In this document: positions 12,571 through 24,582 of the stretch, piece after piece
Layout: each line of letters begins with the position of its first letter
Position numbering within the stretch: the first letter of the stretch is position 1
Source of the DNA: Cyanophora paradoxa CCMP329
Taxonomy: Eukaryota; Plantae; Glaucophyta
Direction of reading: 5' to 3'
NCBI GenBank assembly: GCA_004431415.1
Contig: QPMI01000252.1
Coordinates: forward strand, 38,309 to 102,308
Length of the DNA stretch: 64,000 nt
Notes under the pieces: model-generated
Told to the model about the DNA's origin: nothing
Database searches by the model: none
The model's input: only the letters and a program-made list of their open reading frames with translations
Program-made: the position numbers and the translations under genes

Positions 12571-13017
12571 AAGCGACGAGAGAGCAGGCCGCGCGGTCGC
12601 TTTGAGATAAGCTAATTGGGGAAGGACCCCCTTCCCCTTCCCCCACTTGCAATTGGGGGTGTTCGGGTGCCCACCCTAGGCCAAAATGAAATGTCCCGAC
12701 CTCCCCAAAGCGGCGGCTGCCCCCGGAGGATCCCCAGCAGTAGGTTATTTTCATCGCGTAGGCCGCCTTCCAAGGATAGGCCTCGCAGACGGGGGTAGCT
12801 GGATCTGCGCCTCGTTTTTCGAGGCTTGCGTTTCTGGCACTGCTCTACTATCCTCCTGAGGGCCCGGCATCCCCCGGGTACCAGCACGTAGCGCGTAGCT
12901 ACCGTGTAAAGAGCATAAGAGTCGGTTCAAAAAAAAGGTGGGTGCGGGTTCATAAACCTTAAGCAGATCTAGATCTAAAGCTACTTGTTAGGGCGGAGGC
13001 CGCGGCTGCGGCGGGCC

Positions 13018-15987
13018 CTAGGGGTCGGAGCGCTTGGGGGGCGGGGCGGGGGAGGCGGCGCGCTTGTGGTCGACGGGGACGATGCGGCCGGCGTCGCCGC
13101 CGATGTCGTCGGCGGCGGGGCCGACGTCGGCGGTGGCGCTGGAGGCCTCGAGGAGGCCCGGGGAGAAGGGGGCGGGGATGGCGTGCTGCCGGAGGATGGT
13201 CGGCTCGCACGCGCGCGCCTTCGCCATGTCGATCACCACCGTCTTGTCGCAGTCCAGCGCGAAGCTGCCAGGCGTCTCACGCGCGGCGGCCGGGGGCGGG
13301 GGGCGGGGCGGGCACCGGCCGTAGGGCTCGCCGCAGGAGGAGACGAGCTGCATGAGCTCGGCGAGGTTCTTGACGGGGGCCCCGTTGAAGTGCGTCACCT
13401 GCACGTTCTGGAAGCTGCGGCGGGGTCAGCGCCGGGAGGGCGGCGCGGGGGGTCGCGGGGGGCGCCTCTGGTAGCCGGTGTTGCACTCGGCGGAGAGGAC
13501 GTGGGAGAGGACGACGACCTGCTCCCCGGGCTCCGCCTGGAGCCCGTAGAAGGCCAGGCTGCAGAGCCGCACGGGCGCCTTCGACTCCCACCCGGAGCCG
13601 TACTCCGCCTGCAGGTACGGCCGCGAGAGCTCCACGAAGACAAGCCCGCCGAAGATCAGGTACCGCGGCCGCCGGTCGTACATGTGCTGCGTGCCAGAGG
13701 CCGGGCCTGTCATGCGGGGCGGGGGGGCGGGGGGCGGGGCCGGGGTTGCGGACGACGGGGACGAGGGGCCGGATGACGTCGAGGGGGAGGTCGACGGAGA
13801 GCTCGGCCCCGCCCCGCAGCACCCGCAGCGTCGTCGTGTCCCCGAGGAACTTCAGCGTCACCAGGTGCCGGAAGAGCACCCGCTCGCCCTTCCGGAACGG
13901 GATCGTCCCGTCGTTCGCGATCTGAGCGGCGAGCGCCGGCTGAGCGGAGGGGCGGGCGGGCGGGCGCGGAGCGGGGCGGACCTGGACGCCGTCGACGGCG
14001 AGGACGACGTCGCCCTCCTGCAGGCGCCCCTGCGCCGCCGCCAGCGGCAGCACGCGGTTCACGTACACGCCCGTCTGCCCCGCCTTCATCCCGCACGACT
14101 TCCGCAGGTCCGGGTTCTCCAGCGTTTGCCCTGCGGCGGGGCTCGCGCGGGGCCGGCGGGGCGGGGCGGGGCGGGGCGGGCGCGCAGTAGAAGCCGAGGG
14201 AGCAGAAGCCGGTGTAGCGGTCGTGGCGGGCGATGTCCTCCAGGAAGTGCTCCAGCACCGGCACCGGGATGATGTACCCTGCCGCCCTGACCGTCGGCAC
14301 CCGCCCGCGCGGCGGCGGCGCGGGCGAGGCGGCACCGATGTTCTCGGCGTCGACGAGGGTCTCGAAGGCGACCCCGATCAGCTTCCCGTCCCGCAGCGCC
14401 GGGCCCCCGCTGTTCCCGCTGTTGATCGCTGCCGGGCGACGGGCCGTGAGGCGCGTGGGCCGCGGGCGGGGCGCGCTGCAGGGGCGCGGGGCGGCACCGG
14501 CGTCGATCTGGACGGCGAGGAGGGAGGTGCTCGTGTGCGAGTAGGTCTGCACCTCGATGCGCGAGACGACGCCCTCCGTCACGCAGATGTTGTCGCCGCC
14601 CGTCGGGTACCCTGCCCCCCGCCCCCGGCCGTCGGCCCCGGACAGGCGCGGGAGGGGACGGGGAGGGGCGGGGCGGACCGATGACGGTGACCTGGTCCTG
14701 GAGGTCGGGGATGCCGCCGAACTCGAGCTGCTCGACGCCCGCCCAGAAGCCCTCCTCCTCGACCGTCAGCAGCGCCAGGTCGCACTCGTGCGCCACCGCC
14801 AGCACCCGCGCCGTGTACTGCGCCCCCGCCGCGTCGCGCCCCGCCCCGAGGCCGCAGCGCGCGCGGCAGGCCGGGGCGCCGGCGGCGCACCTTCTCCGCG
14901 TCACCGTGCTTCCGGACCTGCACCGAGGTCTGCGGGCGGCGTCAGCGGGCGCCCCGGGCGCGGGGGGGCGGAGGTGGCGCGCCTGGTTGGCGACGCTGTG
15001 GGCGTTGGTGACGATGCGGCGGCCCTCGATGGCGAAGCCCGACGACGTCGACTTCGACTGCCGCTTCATCTGCCTGCGCGCCCCGTCAGCCCCCGCCGCC
15101 GGCAAGCAGGCCGGCGGCCGGCCGCGCACCAGGGCATGCTGAAGTTCTGCAGAGCGCGCGGTAAAAATAGGGAGCGGTGAGAAGGGATACGAGGAGGGAG
15201 AGGGGGGCAGGAGGCAGAGGGGGGCAGGAGGGACCGGGGACATGCAGGTCGCGAAGATCTGTGGTGGCGGGCAAGGTCAGAGGGTGGCAGGGAGCGCGTG
15301 CGGCGGCAAAGCAACGAGGACAGACCTTGACGACGGATGAGAGGGGCAGGTTACTGTACTCCTCGCGGCCCTCGGCGGGCACGGGCTGGCGCTTGGCGAC
15401 CTCGGAGGCCGGGGCGCTCTGGCGCCGCATCTCGGCCGCGATCATCTCCTGCAGCATCTGCCGCATCCGCGCCGGGTCCTCGGACACCCGCAGGTCCCCG
15501 TTCGAGGTCGACGCCGCCGCCTGCGGTTCGGCCGAGGCCGACTGCGAGGAATGAGTTTCGCTGGAGTGGCCGGCTCGTACCGGAATAGCATCGTACGCAC
15601 CGGGGCCGTCATGAAAGAGCGCCCAGCGCAAGGAACCGCCTTCGTTGGGGAACGCAGCGCGGCCCCGAAGAAAGAGCTCGGGCGCCTCCGAACGCCTGGA
15701 GCCGAACCTCATCTTAGATCGGGGGCGGGTCGGGTGTTCATTCAAAGGAAAAAGCACACCCCTGGCCTTGATTGGTTTCAACGTGAGTGTCGATGTGCAC
15801 CGCGAGCTCTGCGTGCCAGGAAAGGTTCGGAGATTTGGGGTGCAATTCGATCTAAGCCAGCGGGCGCGCGCAGACGGACCTTTGTCGTGGAGAGGGACAG
15901 CCGCATGATAGCACGCGTGGCAGCGCAGGCCATGTGCGTGGTGAAAGCTATGTGCCCGACGCTGGGCGGGGATGGAAAGGCCAACAT
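13018..15987 (-). CDS. Deg/HtrA serine protease (plant Deg2/9/10-like, protease + two PDZ), plastid leader
   Basis: [18 protein letters not shown] catalytic motifs; [14 protein letters not shown]; YLIFGGLVF. The spliced N-terminus reads [19 protein letters not shown]. Confidence 0.92.
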
Positions 15988-16465
15988 GTCGAAGCACCTG
16001 GGCGCTGCGATCTCACGTGAGCGGAAACATAGAATGAAAGCAGGGGGCGTCTGTGCAATCGCTCACCAACTTTCCACGTCGAATGATAAGCCTAGCTGGG
16101 CCCGAGATTCTTGTATCGGGTCGGCAGAAAACGTGCAAGTGTACTTGTGCGTGCACGCGCAGCTGCTCTATCGCCTCGAGGGGGCTCTGGCTGGCCAACT
16201 AGGCGAACGACCAAGAATGTTACCGCCCGGATCCGAGCCGGCGTGGGGAGGGCAGGCCCTGCCCGGCCTTCAATTTTGGCTGAACGTCGGAATGTACCAG
16301 TACAAACGTTAACGCTGTAGCTACTCCTAGCTATAGGGCCTGACGTGCTGCGCGCGCGTGCTGGTCTAGATCTGTAACTGGAATTCAAATGCTCTCGATC
16401 GAGCTCGCCGCGGCGCCAGACCTGTAGCGCCCTAGCTAGCCGCTGAGCTATAGCTAGCTGTAGGC

Positions 16466-19400
16466 CTAGAGCTTGATGACCTGGAGGGCGCCGCCGGAGG
16501 TGCCGATGAGGAGGGCCTCGGAGTGGCGGGCCCACTGGACGGCGAGGATCCCCTCGTTGTGGATCTTCATCTGCCGCAGCAGCCGCCCCGACGCGACGGA
16601 GAAGATGAGCACGAAGTTGTCGAAGGAGCCGCACGCGAGGAGCCGCGCGTCGGGCGAGAGGGCGAGGGTGCACGCCCACGAGGACGGGTGCCGCATCACG
16701 TGCTTCGACTGGCCCGTGCGCGTGTCCCCGATCTTCAGGAAGTGGTCCCGCGAGCCTGCAGGCCGGCGCCCGGCCGTAAGCGAGCGAGGGAGGTAGGCCG
16801 GGGGCCCGGGGTGTGGGGGCGCGGGGCGGGGCGGGGCGGACTGGTGACGAGGACGCTGGGCTCGCCGACCTCGAGGTCGAGGATGTAGTCGACGTGCTGC
16901 GAGACCTCCCACAGCGGGCCCTGCCCCTCCGCCCCCTGCCAGTCCCACGCCACCAGCGCCCGGTCGAGCCCCGCGGAGAGGAGCAGGGCGCCGTCCGGGG
17001 TGAAGCGGACGGCCTTGACCCAGGAGCGGTGGTGGCGCAGCACGCGCGTGCACTTCAGCGTCTGCAGGTCCCACAGCCGCACGCTGCGGTCCATCGAGCC
17101 CGACGCGAGGCAGCGGTCCCCGGGGGCCACGTCGCAGCAGAGCACCGCGTCCTCGTGCTCCTCCAGCACCCCCACGCACTCCGCTGCCCATCGGATTGGG
17201 GCTGGCCCTCGGGTGGGGCCGGGGCGGGGGCGGGGCAGGCGGACCGGTGCGGGCGGACCAGACGCGGACGGTGTGGTCGAAGGAGGAGGAGACCACGAAG
17301 GCGTCGGTCTGGGAGGGGCGGGGGAGGGCGGGGTCGGGGGGCGCAGGCGAGTGGGGGGGGCCGGGGGCGGACGGAGGTGAAGACGGCGCGGGTGACGATG
17401 GAGCGGTGGCCCGAGAAGCACGCCATGCAGTCCCACGCTGGAGGCCGCCGCGTCAGCTGCCGGCCGGAGGAGGGCGGGTGCGGGGCGGGCGGGCGGGGCG
17501 GGAACGCGCTGTTGGCGTCCCAGATGCGGATGAGGCCGTCGTAGCCGGCGGTGAGGAGGCAGTGCGGCGCGATGTGCGACGCCTGGATGGACTTCAGGCC
17601 CCCGGGGTGCGCCAGCACCGTCTGCGCCGGTTCAAGCCCGGCAGGGCGGGCAGGCGAGGCGGGCGGGGCGGGCGGGGCGGGGGTGCCTTGGGGAAGACGT
17701 AGATGTCGAGGGAGGAGAAGAGGCCGTCGAGCAGCCGCGTCTTCCGCACCAGCGCCCGCACCCCGTCGTGTCGCCCGTCCTGCCCCGGCCCCGCCCTCGC
17801 CCTCGCCCTCGAGCACGGGGCGGCGCGAGCGGCGCGGGGCGCACCTTGGGGATGCCCTGCAGCAGCATCTCCGCCATGTGCACTGCGCCGCCTGGGGTTC
17901 GCGGCGGGGCCGGCGGCGGCGGGCGGCGGCGGGAGGGGGCGGGGCGGACGCTTGACGACGGGGCGGTCGAAGTCGAGGGCGCGCTCGAAGAGGGGCAGGC
18001 TCGAGCCGACGAAGTGCGCCGCCAGCTCCGACGCCCACCGGAAGCACCTCACGTACGCGTCCTGCCCCCCGCCGCCTCGGCCGGAGCGGCGCGGGCGGGC
18101 GGGGCGGGGCGGGGGCGCGCGTTGAGGCGGGCCGGCTCGGCGGTGCCGGCGGCGAAGAGGAGGAGGCAGGCGCAGAGGTAGTAGTGGTCCAGCAGCCCGC
18201 TCACCCCCGCCACCGCCGCCGCCCGCGCCGCCCAGAACTCCGCCTCTGCCTGCAGCTCGGCCTCTGCGGCCCCCGCCGCGTCGGCTTGGAGCGGGGGCCG
18301 GGGCGGAGCGCCCCGCGGACCGGACTTCTCGGAGTCGGGCTTGGCGGAGGCGTACGGGTCTTCGTCCCCCCCTAGCCGCCGGTCCTTCGCCGCCGCTGCC
18401 GCCCCGTCGGGAGGGCGGGGCGCGGGGGGCGGGGCCGGGGCCGGGGGCGGGGGCGGACAGCGGAAGGCGGACATGACCTGGAGCATGCGGGCGACCTGCT
18501 GCTTCTCGCTCGCCTCCATCTTGCGCGCCGCCGCCTTCCGCGCCGCCGCCTCCGCCGCCGCCACCGACGCCGCCGCCGCCGCCGCGTCCGGCGGGCCCGG
18601 CCCGGTGTCCCCCGCCCCCTCCGCCCCCGCCCGCCGCCGGCCCCCTGCGGCGCCCCTCCGCGGCCTCCGGGGCGGGCCGCCCTCGCCTCCGGGGCCTGGC
18701 CCTCGGCGGGGGCCGAGGGGGCGTCGGGGGCTCGCCGGCGTCGGGGCCGGGGAGCGGGGCGAGGGCTCGCCGTCGGGCGGGGCGGGCTGCGGGGCGGGGG
18801 ACGGCTGCTTGGCGAGGGAGGAGGCGCTGTGGGCGTGGGCGAGGGGTTGGTGAAAGGGTTGTGGACGGGCGGGCGGGCGTCGATGTGCAGCTCCAGCGAC
18901 GTGAACGAGCGCTTCAGGTACTTGAAGAGCTCCGGGTACCTGCCTCCCGCTCGGAGCCCGCCCCGCGCGCCGCGCCCCGCGCGCAGCGGGCGGCGGGGCG
19001 CACGCGGCGGTGACGGCCTCAACGACGGCGACGGCGCGCTTCCGGTCCGCCGCCGTGCTCATCCGCAGGTGCTCCAGCAGCGCCTCCACGTACCGCTGCC
19101 CGTCCTTCGCCCTGCGCCCACCCGCCCCTCGGCGCCCCGCCTGCGGCCTCTGGGCACGCCGCGCTGCCGCCGCACCCGCTGCGCTGGCGCTCGAAGACGG
19201 CCAGGAAGTCGTCGATCTGCACCACCAGCTTCTCCAGGATCTCCAGCTCCTGCAGCACCCAGAGGCGCGTCAGCCGCCGGTCCGTACGCTGGCAGCACAG
19301 CGCGCACCGGGTCCGGCAGGCGCATCGCTGGGTTCACCTCGTTCACCCCGTTCAGCCTGTCGCGCGTTAGATACGTATACGCTTCCGGGGAGCGTGCTAG

Positions 19401-19513
19401 GCGACGCACTCGGCCTCGTCGAAGTTCTCCTTGCGGAAGAGGTTGACCAGGATCGGCGGGTGCAGCAGGTCGAGCAGCCGGCTCAGGAAGTGGTACGGCA
19501 CGGCCACCTCCAT
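16466..19513 (-). CDS. WD40-repeat protein with long N-terminal extension
   Basis: Multiple repeats: TAGYDGLIRIWD, SSSFDHTVRVWS, SGSMDRSVRLWD, SAGLDRALVAWD, CGSFDNFVLIFS. Confidence 0.85.
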
Positions 19514-19677
19514 CACGCCGGCGCCGGCCGCGCCGGCTCGCGCCCACCGAGCTCTAAAGGCGCTGCAGTTGATAAAAACAAAACGTTTACTGGGAGGGGC
19601 TGCACGCCGACAAAGGAGCTGTCGGAGGGGGGACCAGTAAAAGACGGGTAGTGGTGTCTCCGGGCGCACCTTCGAAG

Positions 19678-22600
19678 ATGTCGAAGGACAAGTGGCGCGA
19701 AGAGGAGAATTACGCGTCATTCAGCGCCGGTGCGTACGCTCGCTGGTTCCAGGGGCACCGCGCCTCGACCAAGCCGTCCGTCTCGCAGAAGCGGACTACG
19801 AGGACGGCCAGTGGATCAATGGGGAGTTCTACGGTGCGTTTCGTCGCGTCCGAACAAAGCGATAGAGGCGCGCGCTCGGTCGCCCTGCTCGACTCATTCA
19901 CACGGACCTCTCAGGCCGGGAGCGCAAGCGGAGAGCGCAGGCAAGCGAATGAAGGCGCCGCGCAGAGCGCCGCGTGCAGCTAACACCGCCGCAGGGTGGG
20001 AAGAAGGACGCAATCTACGGCATCTTCGCGGACGAGGTCGACGACGAGATGGCGTCGCGCGGGAAGAAGAAGCGCGGCGGCATCATCCACGACAGCAAGG
20101 CCTCCTCGTCGGGCGCCTCGGCGGCCGCAGCGTGCGCCCGCGACGCCCCCCCGATGGCGGCGTGCCGGGCCGCTCAGGGGCGGGCGGCGGGCAGGTACAA
20201 GCCGATGAAGTTCGTGAGCGGGGGCGTGGTGACGCACGGGCCGGACGACAAGAAGGAGAAGGAGCCGAAGCGGGTGCGCTTCAGCATGGACCAGGACGAC
20301 GAGGAGGACGAGGAGGACGAGGACGCCGGTGCGCACCGCCCCGCCGGCCGCGCGGGGGCGCGGCGGCGCGCGGGGCCGATGCGTCGGGCGGCGCAGGCAA
20401 GCCGAAGGCGGGGAAGGGCCGGTTCGACGACGACGATGACGAGGAGGAGGAGGCGGGGGGCCGGCCGAGCTTCGGGGGCGCGTCGGGGTCGCGGGGCAGC
20501 CTGGGGAGCATGGCGAGCTCGCGGAGCAGCATGGACGCGGACGACTCGGACGGCTTCGAGGGCGGCGAGCCCGAGGAGGAGCCCGACTTCCGCAAGCGCC
20601 TCAAGCAGCGCCGCCGCCGCATGGCCGGTCCGCCCCGCAGCGCCCCCCGCCCCGCCCCGCCCGCCTCACGCGCGCCCCGCAGCCGCCGACTCGGACGACG
20701 AGGAGGACAGCGGGTCGGAGGAGGAGCGGGCGGCGCGCTCGGGCGGGGGCGCGGCCGCCTCGTTCGCCTCGCTGCGGCGCGGCAACGTCGACCCGCAGGA
20801 GGCCCGCCGGCAGCGCGCCGCGGCCGCCGCCTCCCGGGCGAGCGCCGGCTCGAGCTCCGGGGCCGGGGGCGGGGGCGAGAAGGCGGAGGAGGCGGAGTTC
20901 GTCCCGCAGAGCTTCTACAGCAGCCGCCAGATGAAGAAGCCCAGCGCCGCCGCCGCCGCCGCGGAGGGCGGCGCCCGCGGCGGCCTCGGTTCCGGGGGCG
21001 CGGCGGCCGGCGGGGACTGGCAGGAGGCGGCCCCCATGGCCGATTTCGAGCGTCACACGAAGGGCATCGGCTCGAAGCTGCTGGCGAAGATGGGCTACGT
21101 GCCCGGCCAGGGCCTCGGCGCCCGCAAGCAGGGCATCGCCCGCCCCATCGAAGTCAAGGCGCGCTCCCGCCCCGCGCCCCGCGCCCCCCGCCCGCCGGGC
21201 CGGCGCTGAGGGGCGCGCAGCTGCGGAAGAAGAACGAGGGGCTGGCGTTCAGCGGGTCGGAGAAGATCGAGCAGCCGGAGCTGCCCTCGGCGCGGCTCGT
21301 CGCGAAGAGCGAGTTCCCCGAGGCGCCGGCCGAGCCCGACGCGCCGCCGCTGCCCAAGGCGTGGAAGAAGGAGAGCGCGGGGCAGGCGCGCAAGGCCCGC
21401 CGCAAGATCTACAAGACGGCCCAGGAGATCCTCGACGAGGAGAGCGCCGCCATCGACTCCGGCGCCGCCGCCCCCGCCCCCGGCCCCGCCCAGGCCCGCC
21501 CGCCCCCGCTCCCCTCGGGCGCCGCCGGGCGCGGCTGACGGCGGGCGGGCGCAGCGGCAGGTGATCGTGGACATGCGGGGCCCGCAGGCGCGCGTCGTCA
21601 CGGACCTGCGGCAGCTCAAGGGCCAGCGGCCGGGGGCGGGGCAGGCGGCGGGGCCCCCCTCGCTCTTCCCCGAGCTGCAGCACAACATGCGGCTGCTGGT
21701 GGACATGGCGGAGTCGGACCTGCACAACGTGCAGCGGCGGCTGCGGGGCGAGCAGGACACGCTCGTCTCCCTCAAGCACGAGCGCGACTCCCTCGAGAAG
21801 GAGCTCGCCGAGATCGAGCGCCGCGCCGAGCGCGCCACCGCCGTCCTCGACATCCTCGGCGCCGCCCTGCGCGGCGCCGGCGTGGCGACCGAGGCGGCGG
21901 CGGGGGAGGACCTGGAGCAGGCGGGGCGGGCGCGGAAGCGGCGGGAGGAGGGCAAGGGCGCGCTCAGCGTGGAGGCCCTCGCCGAGACCTTCGAGCGCCT
22001 CCAGTCCGACTACGCCGAGGAGTACAAGGCCCGCCCCCGGCCCCACCCCCGGCCCCCGCCGCCCCCGGCCCCCGGCCCCCCGGAGCGCGGCGGCTGACAC
22101 GCGGGCAGATGTACGGGGTGGGGGCGACGGCGGTGGGCCTCGCCAGGCCGCTGCTGGCGGCGCGGGTGCAGCGCTGGGGCCCGCTCGAGGACGCCGAGCA
22201 GCCGGACGTCCTCCGCACCGTCGCCGCCCTCCAGCGCGCCCTCTGCGCCGCCGCCGACGGGCCCCCCGACTTCTCCCGCTCCGGCGCCGGCGGGGAGGAC
22301 GCCTACGCCGCGCTCGTCTGGGAGTGCATCCTGCCCCGCGTCCGCGCCGCCGTCTCCGCCGGCTGGCAGGTGCCCCCGCCCCGCCGCCCCGCCGCCGCAC
22401 GACCCGGGCCGAGCGAGGGGCGCGGGGGCAGGTGCGGGAGTGCGAGGGGATGGTGTCGTTCCTGGAGCGGTGGCGGGGCGTGCTGCCGCCCTCGGCGACC
22501 ACCAACGTGCTCGCCCAGCTCGTCCTCCCCCGCCTCGCCGCCGAGGTCGAGGCGTGGGACCCGCGCTCCGACCCCACCCCCATCCACGCCTGGCTCTTCC

Positions 22601-23651
22601 CCTGGCTGCCCCACATGGCCGACATGCTCCAGTCCCTCTACCCCACCATCCGCCACCGCCTCTCGACTGCGCTCGCCGCGTGGCACCCGTCGGACGGCTC
22701 GGCGCACGCGCTGCTGGTGCCGTGGCGGACGGTGTGGGAGGGCCAGGGGATGGAGGCCCTGCTGCGCGCCGCCGTGCTGCCCAAGCTGGCGCTGCTGCTG
22801 CGCGACTTCCCCATCAACCCCTTCGAGCAGTACCTCGAGCCCTTCCACTGGGTGACCGCCTGGGCGGACCTCATGCCGGTGGGCATGCTGGCGGGCCTGC
22901 TGGACGCCGAGTTCTTCCCCAAGTGGTACCGCGTGCTCTACGGGTGGCTCGCGCAGCGCCCCAACTTCGAGGAGGTGACGGCGTGGTACATGGGCTGGAA
23001 GGCCCAGCTCCCCGCGGCCGTCGCCGAGACGGAGGCGGCGCGGGCGTGGCTGACGCGCGCCCTCGACCTCATGAACGACGCCGTCTCCGACCCCGACGCC
23101 CCGCCCCGCCCCGAGCTCGCCCCCCCGCCCGACCCCTCCTTCGTCCGCGCCCCCGCCCTGCCCCGCCCCGCCCCGCCCCCTCCTCATCCCTTCGCCTGCA
23201 GGTCTTCCCCGGAGCGCCCGTCGGGGCTGTCGGCGGCTTCCCCGCCGCCCCGCCGCCGCCGCCCCCCCGCCGCCGCCGCCGTCGGAGGGGCCGCGGCGGG
23301 GCGGGGCGGGGCGGCCGCGGCTGGAGGTGCCGGCGGGGCGGCCCGGGGCGGAGCCGCGGGCGTCGTTCCGGGACGTCGTGGAGCGGGCGGCGGCGGAGCA
23401 CGACATCACCTTCCTCCCCACCGGCCGCCGCTCCGCCAGCGGCAAGCCCATCTTCGCCTTCGGGTGCGCGCGAGGGCCCCCGCCGGGCGGCTCGGGGGGC
23501 ACGGGGCGGGCGGCTGACGGGGGGGCGCTGCAGGGCGGTGCACATCATCGTGGCGGAGGACATCGCCTACGTGGGGCGCAAGGGGGACACCGAGTGGGCC
23601 CCCGCCTCCCTCGACGCCCTCCTCCAGCAGGCCGCCCCCGCCCGCCGCTAG
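19678..23651 (+). CDS. TFIP11: Tuftelin-interacting protein 11 / Ntr1-Spp382 spliceosome disassembly factor
   Basis: [14 protein letters not shown]-terminus; G-patch [25 protein letters not shown]; [16 protein letters not shown] and [19 protein letters not shown]. Confidence 0.93.
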
Positions 23652-23761
23652 GCCCCGCCCCGCCCCGCCCCTCCCCCACGCCCTCTCTCGCCACCATAGC
23701 ATCCACGGCGCCCACAGCTCGCTTTCGTGCGCGTAGCGCGGGAACTCGAAGCTTCGCGAGA

Positions 23762-23821
23762 CTTCGGAGCACACGGGCCGGGGCCGGGGCCCTTAGGAGC
23801 ACACGGGCTGGGGCCGGGGCC
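23762..23821. repeat. 30-bp tandem duplication (2 copies, 2 mismatches)
   Basis: cttcggagcacacgggccggggccggggcc / cttaggagcacacgggctggggccggggcc. Confidence 0.9.
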
Positions 23822-23867
23822 CGGGGGGGACCCGGGACTGCGTTGGGGTGGGGCACTTCACCACATT

Positions 23868-24230
23868 TTGCCAAGTTGCCCCGCCCCGGCGCGGCACCGC
23901 ATTCTCTGAGCCTCGGCCTCATCACCAGCTTCAAGGCTTAATCGGGCTTACTAGTTAATCGTGACCACTTATCATGATCAGGCTTGCAACTTGGCAATTC
24001 GGCGGCGGCGATCATCGGATCGGAACCGAACTTCGAAACTTGAAACTTCGGAAGTCTAATCTCAGCCGATCATCGCATTTGGGGCCGCGGGGCCCAGCCA
24101 GCTATGAGATGCCACTCAGTGACTGGGCCATGATGACAATCGGGTCATAAGCAAGCCGCTGAGCTCAAGCTGTACGTGTATACTATGATACTACTGTGGG
24201 AGGCTAAGTTGTAACTTGTAGGCTAGCAGG
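23868..24230. repeat. AT-richer intergenic island of short palindromes and micro-duplications (island 1)
   Basis: 12-bp inverted repeat at 23868-23879/23986-23997; atcatgatca; aacttcgaaacttgaaacttcg; 10-12-mers shared with 52561-53135. Confidence 0.6.
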
Positions 24231-24409
24231 CCTGGGCCCCGACGCCCTGGAACTGCGGCACGCCGCACCGCTGCCCGCTGTGCCACCCCCCCGCACTCGG
24301 GGCGGGCTCCTGCAGCTACCTAGGCCTCGCCGCCCTTGCTGCTGCTGTACACGGAGCCGATCTCCTCTCCTCTCCTCTCCGAGGCGGCCGGGCTCCAGGG
24401 GCGGCCAGA

Positions 24410-24532
24410 CGTTCACGACGTCGACACGCGCGCCCCACGGGCCTTCAGCTCCCGCACCAGGTTCGGCCCCGCCGCCCCCGTAGCGCCCCCGCCCGCTAGG
24501 AACCTGCCGCTGCGCTCAGGCCGGGCGGAGGT

Positions 24533-24582
<50 letters not shown>

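Noticed and set aside
15780-15935. C2H2/UBZ-like finger (CHAC..HIDTH) in an alternative frame
   Set aside because: The other frame gives a continuous MLAF transit peptide that splices in frame to the Deg protease.
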